Positions 12,398-25,460 of a stretch of 64,000 nucleotides of DNA are shown here, one piece after another; position 1 is the first letter of the stretch, and each line of letters starts with the position of its first letter. A program made the translations under genes and the position numbers. The notes beneath the pieces are model-generated. The model made no database searches and had not been told where the DNA came from. It worked only from the letters and a program-made list of their open reading frames with translations. The DNA is from Octopus sinensis (lineage: Eukaryota): NCBI RefSeq assembly GCF_006345805.1, contig NC_043003.1, positions 9,796,001 to 9,860,000 of the forward strand, written 5' to 3'.

Positions 12398-12799
12398 AGG
12401 CGGCGAGCTGGCAGAAATGTTAGCACGCCAGGCGAAATGCGTAGCCGTATTTCGTCTGCCGTTACGTTCTGAGTTCAAATCCCGCCGAGGTCGACTTTGC
12501 CTTTCATCCTTTCGGGGTCGATAAATTAAGTACCAGTTACGCACTGGGGTCGATGTAATCAACTTAATTCGTTTGTCTGTCCTTGTTTGTCCTCTCTGTG
12601 TTTAGCCCCTTGTGGGTAGTAAAGAAATAGGTATTTCGTCTGTCGTTACGTTCTGAGTTCAAATTTCGCCGGGGTCGAAAAATAAAGTACCAGCTTCACA
12701 CTGGGGTCGATGTAATCCACTTAATACCTTTGTTTGTAATCGACTTAATCCCTTGTTTGTCCCCTCTACGTTTAGCCCCCTGTGGGCAATAAAGAAATA
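12398..12799 (+). mobile_element. SINE-A dimer (tail1 + tail1), junction at 12631
   Basis: aaagaaatag|gtatttcgtctg junction; second unit internally deleted. Confidence 0.88.
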
Positions 12800-13136
12800 A
12801 ATACATAAAATGAATATGAATGAGATGATTATATAACAATGAGCTTATGAATGGCTGCATGCGCCCCTCATCACATGCAGTACCATTAATCTTGTTTACA
12901 TCCATTATTATCGGGTATTTACATACTTAATTAATTAACATGTAACATACCATTGCAAGTCGCCAATCTGTATATTCTCCAACGGTCCACATCGGATTCT
13001 TGACGCATTGTCTTTCCAATAAAAAAAGTCTTATTACCCGCTATCCATTGATTAAGGGCTATCTAAAAGACAGTCCTTTATTAACGGTATCACGTCATCC
13101 CAGTCATTTACAGGTTCCAACTTTTCAAACTCGACT

Positions 13137-14353
13137 TTAAACTCTACCTTTCCCAAATCGCACCTTTTTTTTTAACTCCTCATAGCAATTCGGTTCTAGT
13201 ATTATTGCTTTAGTTCCTTCGTTGCTGTAACCCTTAGGCAATTTTACCCGTGTTACTGGCTTCATTTTCAGGATCTCTGCTTCTGTATGTATACTCATTT
13301 GGTATTCTACATAATACCATCTCTTCTTTTTCTGGTTTTCACTCCCTCCTTCATTCCTTTTTTCTTCACCTCTCTTCAACCTCACTTTCACAGGAGACAC
13401 TTTCAAACTTTCCTCTTGTCTTTCTTGTCACTATTTTTTCCATTACTTCCCATTGCCTCTTTTTTCTTTTTCAGCTTCTCCGGTGGAGATCCCCTTCTAC
13501 TTTTTTCTTTTCCGTCGTTTCACCTCTACGAATTCTTCCTCTGTATCCACTGTTTCAGCTTCCTCTCCACACTCCTCCACATTTGCCTCTCTCTGCATTG
13601 AACTCTCCTCCTTCTCTTTTTCCTTCCTTCGAGGGCAGTCCGCTTTTTTGTGTCCCCTTTCGCTACACAAAAAAACATTTCAAAGGTCTGCCCTCTACTG
13701 CCACATTCAACTGGTTTCCTTCGAGCAATATTATTTCTTCAACTATGGAATTCAGGTCTTGCAGGGTGGCTTGAATTTTCATTTCTAGCCGAATCCCCAA
13801 AAGTCCACCTTCTGAGTTATTGCCTTAAATATTTTCGGACCCTGTTTCATGTGGAATAAGACTGCTGCCATAATCCACGTCTCGTCGTATTCGGGTGGGA
13901 TTTTACCCAACCTTACTCTCGCCAGTCTTTTGCTGCTGTAACTTGCTAGGAAAGCCCATTCGTCGTTCCTAATCGCGTCCACTGCATGCTCTGCTGCTAC
14001 TTCCTTAGATGCGAACCTGACTTCTACCACTCCGAATTTCTGACCTCTCGTTACAAACGTCGACAGGTGTTTAATATTTTTTAGTATTTTTCTACACTCT
14101 CAGTCGTCGCGGTTTCGATTTTTCCTGTGGTTAATTTTAACGTTTTGTACAGGACCGTTCCTTTTTGCAAACTTTCCGAAAATTCCTTTGGCGGTACTAG
14201 AGAGAGTGCTGTTCCTTGACTTGTTAACAATTTTCCACATTCTTTAATTCTGTCTGTTTCTACCTTTACGTCCGTCACTGTTAACGTGGCAATATTGTCA
14301 CTACCTGTTGCCACCGCTGCATAGCTCTCGCTCGAGGTATTCCAATTCTCCAT
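13137..14353 (-). pseudogene. Decayed gag-like ORF1 of a non-LTR retroelement with CCHC zinc knuckle
   Basis: ORFs 14081-14353, 13785-14030 and 13137-13406 are colinear; removing one T near 13665 gives EGRPLKCFLCSERGHKKADCP (CX2CX4HX4C), followed by a K/E-rich tail. Confidence 0.7.
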
Positions 14354-14569
14354 TATACAATTGAATTAAAAACAACCGAAATATACGGATACACCCGCAT
14401 AGGGAAAACCTTCAACATTCGGTAATAATTAATTCACAATCAATTAACATGTAACTCTAAAACATTTACTCCAAAACTCTCTGACCGACTTTCAAATAGA
14501 ACAACTCTCGGCTTTACACTCTGCGCAAGAGAATCTACTACACTTGAATACATTAATATTAAATTACGT

Positions 14570-14870
14570 GGAGGCACATGGCCTAGTGGTTAGAGCAGCG
14601 GGATCGCAGGTTGGAATCTCAGACCGGGCGATGTGTGTGTTTATGAGCGAAACACCTAATCTCCCCGTGGCTCCGGCAGAAGGTAGTGGCGAACTTCCGC
14701 TGACTCTTTCGCTGCGACTTTCTCTCACTCTTTCTTCTTGCATCTTGCAGCTCACCTGCGACGGACCGGCGTCCCATCCAGGTGAGGAACCTATACGCCA
14801 AGGAAACAGGGAAGACCGGCCCCTATGAGCCAGGCGTGGCTCGAGAAGGAACAAAACAGAACAAAAACAA
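14570..14870 (+). mobile_element. SINE-C (tRNA-like head), tail variant 1
   Basis: ggaggcacatggcctagtggttagagcagcgg head; body ctctcactctttctt shared with 17241-17548 and 59220-59600. Confidence 0.8.
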
Positions 14871-14899
14871 TATTAGATTACATATTAAATTACATTTAC

Positions 14900-15108
14900 A
14901 AGCTGGTACGATCGTTACTGCGCAGGATGAAATGCGTAGTGGTGTTTTTTCCGACTTTACATTCCGAGTTCAAATTCCGTCGGGGTCGACTTTACCTCTC
15001 ATCCTTTCGTGTTCGAAAAAATAAGTACCATTTGAATACTGAGGTCGATAGAATCGGCTGATCTCCTTCCCTGAAATTGCTAACCTTATGACGAAATTTG
15101 AAAGCAAT
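14900..15108 (+). mobile_element. Degenerate SINE-A-related copy
   Basis: gagttcaaattccgtcggggtcgacttt...aataagtacca. Confidence 0.7.
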
Positions 15109-15519
15109 GTCGTATTACATTGCAATAATGATCCATGGAGTCAGAAGCATAAGTGTTCTTAGGAGTAGATGAGACGGATACGCTGTAAAATACAGAAGGA
15201 GGAGGTCTGAATAGAAATAGCACAGAGCATTACAAAGTAACTCAATGCCTGCTGAGGGGTTGTAGGAAATATTTTCATAAGGTAACCACGAATAAATGTA
15301 AATAGAAGCAATATGTAATAAAGAGCTAATCAGGATCAAGGACAACGCAATAGAAAAATATTGTAAAAAAAGGAGGATGAAAGTAAATGAACATTAAGAA
15401 AACCTTAAACTAAAAAAGAAAGACTAACAAATCTCTTTTTGGTCAGTAATCTGAAATACCGGACAAGGAGTAAGTAAGCCACAAAGGTCACCCAAAATTG
15501 TAATTTATCTTTGATTTGA

Positions 15520-15835
15520 TTTTGACTTTTCCAGTTTCAGCTCATGAGCCGTGGCCATGCTGGGGCACCGCCATTTGGTTTGCTACATGATTTTACCTCA
15601 CGAATGCTTTTTAGCAATTGCCATTTGGTGCATGAGAGTGTTCGATGCAGCTGCCCTCATCTGCACCTCCTGCCGTGAAGTTGGTCATCCGGGACACCTG
15701 ACAGGAAGAGATCCAGTCCTACTTTAAAGACATCCGCATCTACACCATGCAGGTCCCTCAGGTTCTTCGGGAGGATATTGAAGAGCTGTATGATGTCAAC
15801 TGAAAAACTCATTTCTCACTGTTCAGTCTTTTGAG
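15520..15835 (-). mobile_element. CR1-like LINE 3' fragment
   Basis: Translates SFSVDIIQLFNILPKNLRDLHGVDADVFKVGLDLFLSGVPD, a CR1-type ORF2 C-terminus, followed by a short 3' UTR. Confidence 0.8.
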
Positions 15836-16240
15836 AGTGGGAATACGGTAATCCCTCACCAAATTGATGTTCACCTATCGCAATTTATTATCTAAGCTTA
15901 CGTCAATTCCTCCGTGGTGTGTTTTTGTATTTATAATAAGATAAATATATAAAAATTATAAAAATAATTTATAAAAATATATACGGTACAGTAATGTTTC
16001 TACTTTGCGGATTTTCACATCGCGGGGCTTTATGGAACGTAAAACCCGCGATGTAAAAAGGGATTACTGTAAACCAAACCATAAAATATGTGAGAGGGAC
16101 GAACAAGAAGGGAAAAAAACTGTTACTTATGATGAAAGATGAACTAAAACACATTTGCGATTGTAAGTGAATCCATAAAAAATAAATAAAAGAAGTAAAG
16201 ATTCTGAAGGACATACGGATCAAGGAAACACAAAAGATAA

Positions 16241-16582
16241 GTTTCTTTATTGGCCACACAGGGCTGCACACAGATGGGACAAGTTACAAGGTTTTTCTTT
16301 TGGGGGATGAAAAAAACAAAAAACAAAAGCAACAAAAATAAAAGGGGTGGCGTAGGTTTTCGATCAAGAGGGATCGTAAAAGGAAAAAAAAGAACAAAAA
16401 AAATAAATAAAAAATAAAAAAATAAAAATAAAAAATAAGAAAAGGAAAAGGAACAAAAGAAAAGAGAAATGAAAAAAGAAGAAAAAAGGGGAAAAAAGGG
16501 GAAGAGGAAAAAAAACGATCAATAGGGATCGTGTATCACAGTGTTATGATATATGGTGTAAAGGGGAAAGCAAGTAAGGTTT
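16241..16582 (-). mobile_element. Second, 3'-UTR-only copy of the Tx1-like element
   Basis: gtttctttattggccacacagggctgcacacagat...gggatcgtaaaagga colinear with 577-850. Confidence 0.88.
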
Positions 16583-17240
16583 AAGGAAGCAGAGGAACTG
16601 ATTAGAGACTAAATGAGAAAGCTTCCAGGAACCAAGGAAATGAATACATCATCATTAATCCTCGTCGTTCCCTCACTAACAAAAGGAATAACAGTAAATA
16701 GATAAATATAAAGAGGTAGGTTTCCGATATGAAAAAAGCAAAGAATCAAATGAATTGTTAAGAAAATATAGCATTAAGTGAACGGAAAATATCTTGAATG
16801 TAAAATGAGGATTAACATAAGTAAAATCCGTAATGACACATCGGATAAAACCATGTGATAATAAACAGTGTTTCTTCAAGTAAATTCATGTATTTAAAAT
16901 TAATTCTAAAGAGTTCAAGATGGACATTAATTAAAAAGTAATAACATAACACTGGGAGTTAAACAAAAAAATAAAAGAAATACAGTCACGTGAAATAGAA
17001 ATTAGCGGCACGTTTCAGTTTTTGTGAATTAAACATATGCCTCGAATGAGAAAATCCATTTTGTTTTATTTGCTGTCAATTTTGTTATTGTTGCTGTGAT
17101 TGGAGATGCGATTTTTTTTGTTTTGCTGAATGGAAGATTCTGTTGCAATAAGTTATATTTTATTGTATAATAATTAAGTTATTTTCTATATAAATAAAGA
17201 ATTTGAAGAAAAAATTTCAAACGAATTACTAAATATACAA

Positions 17241-17548
17241 CATAATCACCGTGACCGACCAGGCTATCAGATGTTGCTACACATCGCTGGTCACAATGCG
17301 CTTCACATTGTTTTAACCTTCAAATGACGCCACCCCGCTGGCTAAGCGAGCAGGCCAACAGAAGAAAGAGTGAGAGAAAGTTGTGGCAAAAGAGTACACA
17401 AAGGGATCGCCACCATCCCTTGCCGGAGCCTCGTGGAGCTTTAGGTGTTTTCGCTCAATAAACACTCACAACGCCTGGTCTGGGAATCGAAACCGCGACC
17501 CTACGACCGCGAGTCCGCTGCCCTAACCACTGGGCCATTGCGCCTCCA
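17241..17548 (-). mobile_element. SINE-C, tail variant 2
   Basis: Minus head tggaggcgcaatggcccagtggttagggcagcggactcgcggtcgtagggtcgcggtttcgattcccagacc. Confidence 0.88.
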
Positions 17549-18513
17549 CACAGCATAATATGTAACATATATTTTTGAAGCACAAAGAATGTAACCGAAG
17601 AATCCTTCGTTTCAAAATGACGATTGTCAAACAAATATGTTCTTGAAGAGAAATCTTCTAAAGTCCTTTTGAAGGACTAAAACCTTAATATCACCAAAAT
17701 CCTTATTCCTTTTGAAAAAGTTCAGTAGGGAAAACATATTTTATATGTAGGCACAGAGTATGTATGCGTACACTACACTACACACACACGCACTCACACA
17801 CACACATACATACACACACATTTTTTCTTTGAAGGAGAAAGCTACATAATTCTGAATTTCTACAGATTTACGCGCCAGATCAGCATTATTTATTATATCC
17901 GATCGATAAAAATATTCCATGCTTCTTATAAAAGTAAAGCCTTGTGGATAATATAATTGACGACAAAATGCTTCGGAGATTAGAAAGATATATAAATATT
18001 ATGCATTAGATACATCGTTGTGGGATATACAACGCAGATAGGAAATCGATATGTTGAGCGTGCTGGAAATCTTGGATAATTAGGAAGAGATAGTAAAAGT
18101 GGAAGATTATATCAATACATCAGTATATATGCTAAGAAATATATGTTAAGTATATATGCTAAGAAATATAACAATTCCATTATATGTATGCAGCGAAAGA
18201 AATATATTAGCTGTTTCGGGAATATCAAAGCTATATGTACGTCTTTGTCGGTTTCTCTCTCGTTAATAACCATTTTCCTTATGTTATCCGAAACCGTCTG
18301 GAAATGGATTTGGACACAAAATTCCTCTATTAAACACTTGAAATATTTAATAAATATTTAATATCTTTTCGTTCTAAATATCCCTATAATTGGTACATTT
18401 ATTTTGTTTAAACTGAATATCACAGGGAAACGCAGTTTGCTGTCGCTAACACTGTTACTTTAGATTATAAATACACGTCAAATTCTACGCACATGACATT
18501 CGTCTATCTATTT

Positions 18514-18561
<48 letters not shown>

Positions 18562-20336
18562 TGACGTCAAAGACATTAGTCGTGTTAGGTGAGTATAAAG
18601 CTATCCTGGACGCACGCCTGGATAGCGTTTGCTCGGCAGCTAGAAGAAGAAGCCCACTCTTCGCCGATCTGCTTAAGTGATTTCAGCCTGCAGACCGTTA
18701 CAGAATTGACCACCCGAATGTCCCAGCGTGGACCTGGTCTGATGCCGACGAGTCACGAAGGTCTTATCTAGACAGGATTGCGGTAAGGACTAGATATAAG
18801 TCTAGTTTTAGTTGTTTTTAGTTGTCCACAGTTCTTTCTGATCACCTACACGGATCACAAATTGTGATCACCCTACAGCGCGATCATAGATAGAGTACAT
18901 AGACAGGGACACAGCTATTGGAAGCTGAACTAGGCAATTTTGTCTTGTGTAGCGTACCGCAACCGGGTTAAGGGGTTAGTTAATAGGACATTAACTGGCA
19001 CCGTGTTGAATAACAGGTGGTGGTTTGCCCTCAAACGCTCCATTCGTTTTGAGTCTATTGGATTTATTCAACGGTTAGGCTTAGACAAGGCTAGAATAGA
19101 AGGCAACCTAGTAAGGACTTAGAAGAGGTGTTGAGGTTGGGCTCTGCATCAATGGATAAAGTATTTACATTCTATATATATATATATATTCTACATACAT
19201 ACGTGCAGACTTGCGATTGTGTTTCTCTGTGTGTATGTGTGCATGTGCGCGCGTATGTGAATGAGCATGTGTGTGTGTGTGTGTGTGTTCGTGTGTTGCG
19301 CCTACGTGTTCTGCAGTCTAAGCGTGCCCTACATATAACAACGAGGTTTTAAAATGTTCTCTAGGAAGCCAAAATCTATTCTTATCTCAGTGCAGTGATT
19401 GTGATAAATTTTCAATGTGGCAACAGGAGTTCGCAGGATGAAAAAACATTATGGATTCCCATTTAATTAAGTTTTGTAGCAAAATCTTTTTTAACCTTTT
19501 AGTTTGCAGACGTATTAAAACGAAACAAAGTTTTTCGTATAAGATCTAAACGAAATATTTAGTTCTTATATCCAACAGCAATATTTATGAGTAAATGTAT
19601 ATTTTGTCTTCACACATTGATTTTCTTTCGCTTAAATGTTTATTTAGTATTTCTATTATTTACGCATGCATTTATTTTCATTCCTCAAAGTGCTTTGCTG
19701 ATCAATACTACCTTTTCCAAAAAGAAGCAAAAAAAACAAAAAAACAAAACAAAAAAACAAACCAACGAAACAATCATGTCAAACTATTGCAATTTTCAAA
19801 GCTGATGAAACAGTAATAAAATCAATGGTTTATGCCAACCTGTTTAACGCCCACGAAAAACATGGTTTCTTAGATTTCCGGTTCTGAAATTTCGTCTTGT
19901 ATGCTATATCAACATTACTAACACAAAGGATGGTATTTACACATCTGCCTACCTTTAATAATTTACCTACGTCTGTTATTCTTTCATTTTCCTATTTTCG
20001 GATAATTATACGCCTCGGAAATTATCATACTACAAAGACATCAATAACGTCTGTGATAGTTATAACAATTTCACATAACTCTCAATGTCTTTAACCCATA
20101 TTTGCAAGCGTATTACTGTGGATTGTAATGTAAAACATTTGTTACCACAAACAAGGAATGATAACAAAACAATTTGGTCGTTGAAGACAGGAGAACCTCA
20201 AGGGTTATCTTATGTATAGCCTAGAACGGTTTCGTCTCTAAAAGGTGATAAAGTTATCGAAGGTAGGTGACGCCAGGGCAAATTTTTTAGTGAGTTTCAT
20301 TTACGCTTCTTCTCAATGCAGAACCCATTTAATATA

Positions 20337-20568
20337 TATTTCTTTATTGCCCACAAGGGGCTAAACATAGAGGGGACAAACAAGGACAGACAAACGGATT
20401 AAGTCGATTACATCGACAACAGAGCGTAACTGGTACATTATCTATAGACCCCGAAAGGATGAAAGGCTAAGCCGACCTCGGCGGAATTTGAACTCAGAAC
20501 GTAACGGCAGACGAAATACCACTAAGCATTTCGCTTGGCATGCTAACGTCTCTGCCAGCTCGCCGCCT
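20337..20568 (-). mobile_element. SINE-A monomer (tail1)
   Basis: Full head-core-tail; possible short TSD tttaatata. Confidence 0.9.
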
Positions 20569-21842
20569 TTTAATATAACCCATTTTATATAACTGGCTTT
20601 TTAGTATCTCTCTAGCTGTTACAAACCATTTTCTGTACTATATCTTGGTTAAATCAATCGATATTATGATGGAAAGCAAGGTGTGATTCCCCTGAGGCGG
20701 GTTGACGGGGTTTTGCTGGTCACTATCCCTGCAGAGCTTATAAGATGTTTAGCCATTAGGTTGTGGAGGCAGCAGAGAGTGTCTCGAGGTGGTTGTGGAT
20801 CACGAGGTATGACCCCTGTAAGGAGCAATGTTAATGGCGGTAGTGCTAACTGGAGACCAGGTGAGACTTGATCAAGTCCTTCCTGGACACCTAGGTGAAG
20901 TGAGTGATGTTGAAGGACCGAAAACATTTGATAACTGATGATGTTCCCAGGTGCATCACAGGATATTAAATGTAAAAAAAAACTCTCTTCCTGGATATAG
21001 TTTAAACTCAATATTCTCAATATAGATATCAAACACGCCATTTTTCTTAACTGTATAACGAAAGGCTTAGCTTCGTCAGGAGGGCAACCAATAGAGGATA
21101 TAAAGCAATGCGAACAAGATTTCTTTGGAATAGTTAGTAAGTAATCAGTATTCCCCAATGAGACTTCAAAATAAATTTATGGTTATGCTACAGTTGTTCG
21201 GTTATAAATCTCCATATTTTACGCTAGGCCATAAAACAGAACATGGTATTGACTTTCGCAAACTTTGAGAACAAAGTATTTCTCCATCATTTTCTCACGA
21301 GTATTACCTGCTCAAGTGAATTTATTGTCTTGAAGCTGATTTCGAAACCGGCTTACAGACTCTTCTCGTCAAGCTATTGAGGTAACGTAAATCAATATTG
21401 ATTCTGTAAATTGTTTTTATTATAATGTTGTTACACATTTCTTTCAAGTGAACAACTTGCTTACTATTTTCGGGAACAGAAAATGCATAAAAAATAACAC
21501 GAGTGCTAAAAGGTGCAATACGACATAAAAAAAATAAGGTAAAACTAAAATAACATCATTAAGGTAGAAACGCAACGAACGGAATTATATAAACGGCATG
21601 ATAATATAGTTAGAAACAGCAGCATCGTATCTGGATATATTCCCTAGATGCATTTATGTAGAATAATGTCACCTGTTCTCCGAAATTATCTCACATATAT
21701 AACACTCTTATCGAAATATTAAGAGATGCCCAAGAAGACAATGTTTGAGTAAAATATATGCGAAAGATATTCAATTACAAATATATTAGAACATTAAAAA
21801 AAATATCTGCTTATGTGTGTTACATGTACTTTTATATACAGT

Positions 21843-21913
21843 GCAGGAGTGGCTGTGTGATAAGTAGCTTGCTTCCCAATCACATGGTTCCGGGTTCAGT
21901 CCTACTGCGTGAC
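21843..21913 (+). mobile_element. SINE-B head fragment
   Basis: gcaggagtggctgtgtgataagtagcttgcttcccaatcacatggttccgggttcagtcc. Confidence 0.8.
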
Positions 21914-21914
21914 A

Positions 21915-22572
21915 TCCACAGATCCGCAGCTCTCCTACAGACGGTGAACTACTGTCTCTTACCTTCCTATTGAAACAAATCTCATTCGCAACATTTTTTA
22001 TTCTACTTCCAGACACCAGAACCTTTCCTTTCGTCCCTGCAACACACTTCCTCGCCCTAAATAAAGATAAGAACATCGGAAATCTCTTATCATGAAGCCC
22101 CAGAGCGCCCAAAATCACACAAAGAGGCACTTATAAATGAGCTCGCCCACGATGCATCACCCGCCCCTACATTAACAATACCAGAACCATCACTGTGCTT
22201 GAGATACAAAAAACCTTTACTCGGAACTTCTTTCGAACATATTCTAACCTTATATACTGCATCACATGCAAACTTTACCGCACCCTTTACAGCATAGAAA
22301 TAGAACAATGCCTTGTCGATCACTTTCGGGAGCATATTCGAAGCGTAATACTGCTTATGTCTCATCAAGCTTTCGCCACTCGCTTCAACGATGCAGGTCG
22401 TTCCTTCTCTCACTTATCGATGTCAGGTATTGCTGCACATTGTGGATCTACTTTCTCAAGGAATCGGAAAGAACAACGATTCATATTCAAACTTGACACC
22501 ATGTCACTAAAGGTTTTATATTCACATTTCCCTTGTACTCCTGCACTTCTTAATTCCTTAAACCCTTTCTGA
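21915..22572 (+). pseudogene. Penelope-like element GIY-YIG endonuclease remnant
   Basis: SNLIYCITCKLYRTLYSIEIEQCLVDHFREHIRS...FNDAGRSFSHL...RKEQRFIFKLDT follows the PLE pattern NxIYCIxCxxCxxxYIGET...RFxEH...HFN...EQxxIFxLxT, with catalytic residues decayed. Confidence 0.78.
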
Positions 22573-23114
22573 AACTCCAACTCCTCTCCCTCCTCATCTT
22601 TTCCCTTCATCTTCCTCTCGACTTTAATTGCTTCTTGCTTTTCAACTTAGAAGATATAAAACTCTGTTGTGTCTCATTAATTTCACTCCTTTCAACTTTT
22701 CGCCTCAAAAAGGAAAGCGTCCAAAACACTGGGTTTTCCACTCCTCGCGGCAAATTTCCTGCAGACATTTTATCGATTTTACTACAGAACATTAACTTCG
22801 CCGACCCAGAATGACGCAGGTACGTGTGTGTGAGAGTGTAAGGTTGAAAATGAACACACGAGTTGATATATATGTAAAAAAAAGTCAAGGTAGAAAATGC
22901 TAAAGTAATTTTATAAAAAAATTATTTCGGTATCGGTTTGTGTCATTGAAACTTCTTTAACTGTAAGTATGGAAAACAATTATATTTTGGAAAAATTAAA
23001 AGAAAAGTTTTCAAAAAGAATATTGTATAGTATTCAAATACAAGGGTCGTTTTCCTTGTTTCTGCCTGTCTCTGTCTCTCTTGTTTACGCTCGTGGGTTC
23101 GAGGTCGTTGGTAG

Positions 23115-23246
23115 GGAAGAAGAGGAAGAGGAAGGAGAAGAAGAAGAAGAAGAAGAAGAAGAAGAAGAAGAAGAAGAAGAAGAAGAAGAAGAAGGAGAAG
23201 AAGAATAAGAAGAAGAAGAAGAAGAACAACAACAACAACAACAACA
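23115..23246. repeat. (GAA)n/(CAA)n microsatellite
   Basis: Direct reading; explains the poly-E and poly-K ORFs. Confidence 0.95.
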
Positions 23247-24537
23247 AGAATACTGGAGTGCTATGATAGTAGAAGGCTGTTAAATGGTCAAGTGCCCTGA
23301 AAGTGACCATTGTGGACGTTAGTAGTGATTGAATTCTTGAGACATCTCTTTTGAAAGATTTGTTTATAAAAATTGCGTAGGTGTTATTCTAAACAGTAAT
23401 AGTGGTGAAGTTAGGAAGGAGGTGGCGGAGAGGAAGAAGCCGAAGAAAAAGAAGGAGAAAGAGAAGGGAGAATAAGAAGGACTGTAGGTAGTATGATAGT
23501 AGTAGGGTGTTAAAGAGATATTATTGTTGTGCATAATCGAGATATTATTGTTGTGCATCATCGTAATAACTAACAATAGTATATTCTACATGTATATTCT
23601 TTCTGTATGTCTCGTATACGTACTTTTTCTTGACAGGTGTTCTTTTTCAATGGTTGTGTGATTTCTTTTCTGCTATATTGCCTTCTATTGGGTCAATTTG
23701 ACATTTTCAGCTAATCTAATAATTAGGTTTGCAAATATGTCGGCTTGTTTTATGTTGGGGATTGTTGCAAGATTCAAAACCGAAAGCGTCTTCTCAAGAT
23801 GATTGAACGTATATATATTTACATGTTTAATTCCAACCCATCTCTTCAATGTATATCTTCCACTTTCATTAATATTCTCTTCTAATTCCAAAACAACAAC
23901 CACCCAACCACTTCCAGTTTGTAGTTTTACATTGATTTGGTGCTAAATCAGACACGAATAGCAATTCTCAAGTTCACGTTACCGTTCACTCGTACAGATT
24001 TCAAAACCTCGAAGCATAAAGATACTTTAATATTTACATTTGCATTACGTTTCAGATTCCTTACTACCATCTTGTGCTCATTTCCCACACATACGCTCCC
24101 ACTTGTGCTAGAAATACCAGCTCTTTTTGAAATTTATGTGCCTGGAGCACTAACAAACTTGCACACTCATATGCATATATATCGAGATGTATGCACACTC
24201 TAGAATTTCTCGACCGCCTGCAAATACTTGTATTTTTGTTCCAAATAATATGCCATATGTTGAAATAAATACAGCCATATTTTTTCACACATGCACCACT
24301 TGACCAGCTAGACATACAAGTTTCTTTCTTTTCATCTCAGGTAACATGTAAGTGAATAGAGCGAAATTAACACTCAGCGAGTAATGAGAGCTACTTCATT
24401 TAAAATAATTTTTCACAAACCAACTAACTTCATTGCCAGCCAAAAGATTCGTTCAACTCTTGTTATTTAAACCTGGACTCTATCCGGATGGTTGCATGAC
24501 CAAATATACAATAATCATAACATCGTTTCTCTCATAA

Positions 24538-24944
24538 GGAGGCGCGCTGGCAGAATCGTTAGCACGCCGGGCGAAATGCTTATCAGTATTTCGTCTGCAG
24601 TACGTTCTGAGTTCAAATTCCGCCGAGGTCAACTTTGCCTTTCATCCTTTCGGGGTCGATAAATCAAGTACCAGTTACGCACTGGGGTCGATGTAATCGA
24701 CTTAACCCGTGTGTCTGTCCTTGTTTGTCCCCTCTGTGTTTATCTCCTTGTGGGTAGTAAAGAAATAGGTATTTCATCTGTCCTTACGTACTGAGTTCAA
24801 ATTCCGCTGAGGTCAACTTTGCCTTTCATCCTTTCGGGGTCGATAAATTCGGCACCAGTTGCGTACTAGGGTCGATCTAACCGATTCCCCCCGCCAAAGA
24901 AAAAAGAGAAATTTCGGGCCTTGTACCTAGAGAAGACAAGAACA
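24538..24944 (+). mobile_element. SINE-A dimer (tail1 + tail2), junction at 24769
   Basis: agaaatag|gtatttcatctg; second unit ends aaatttcgggccttgtacctagag. Confidence 0.88.
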
Positions 24945-25426
24945 TAGTTTCTCTCATTGTTGTTAGCTTGGTTATTCAATACGTTAATGGAAATTTCTTC
25001 AAACTCCATCGAATGAATAAGTATATAATTCAAAAGAACCCAATAACTTGCATGAAGCAACAATTAATCATAACCGATGAACAATATTCCATCAAACATG
25101 AATGGATAACAACAACAATTTTCAGGGTACCTTCACGCAAGAAAGTATGCCGAGCTTCCTTTCAGTCCGTATATATCTGAATAATGCATTTCAATTTACC
25201 ACATTCACTTCCCAATTTACACTTCCATCATTCAAAAGTGGCAGACATATTGCCTCTAAAGTCAATGTGTTTCATATCATCAGGATGATGAAAAAAATAA
25301 CTTATATTCACATCACACGAACAAAATTACTTACATTAGCAACAATTGTACGAAGGACCCAACACACGTAACTAACACCAACTGCTTCTAACTGGTATGT
25401 ATGTATGTATGTATGTAAGTATGTAT

Positions 25427-25460
<34 letters not shown>

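Noticed and set aside
14570-14640. tRNA genes at SINE heads (also 17470-17548, 59520-59600)
   Set aside because: They have A/B-box-like motifs but no complete cloverleaf and continue into SINE bodies.
21335-21376. Minus-strand UUGACGA-GAAG…UUUC-GAAA hammerhead-like motif
   Set aside because: Stems I and III cannot be formed; likely chance or heavily decayed.
23937-24320. Possible host exon after tttgcattacgtttcag
   Set aside because: No recognisable domain, no convincing donor site and no partner exons.
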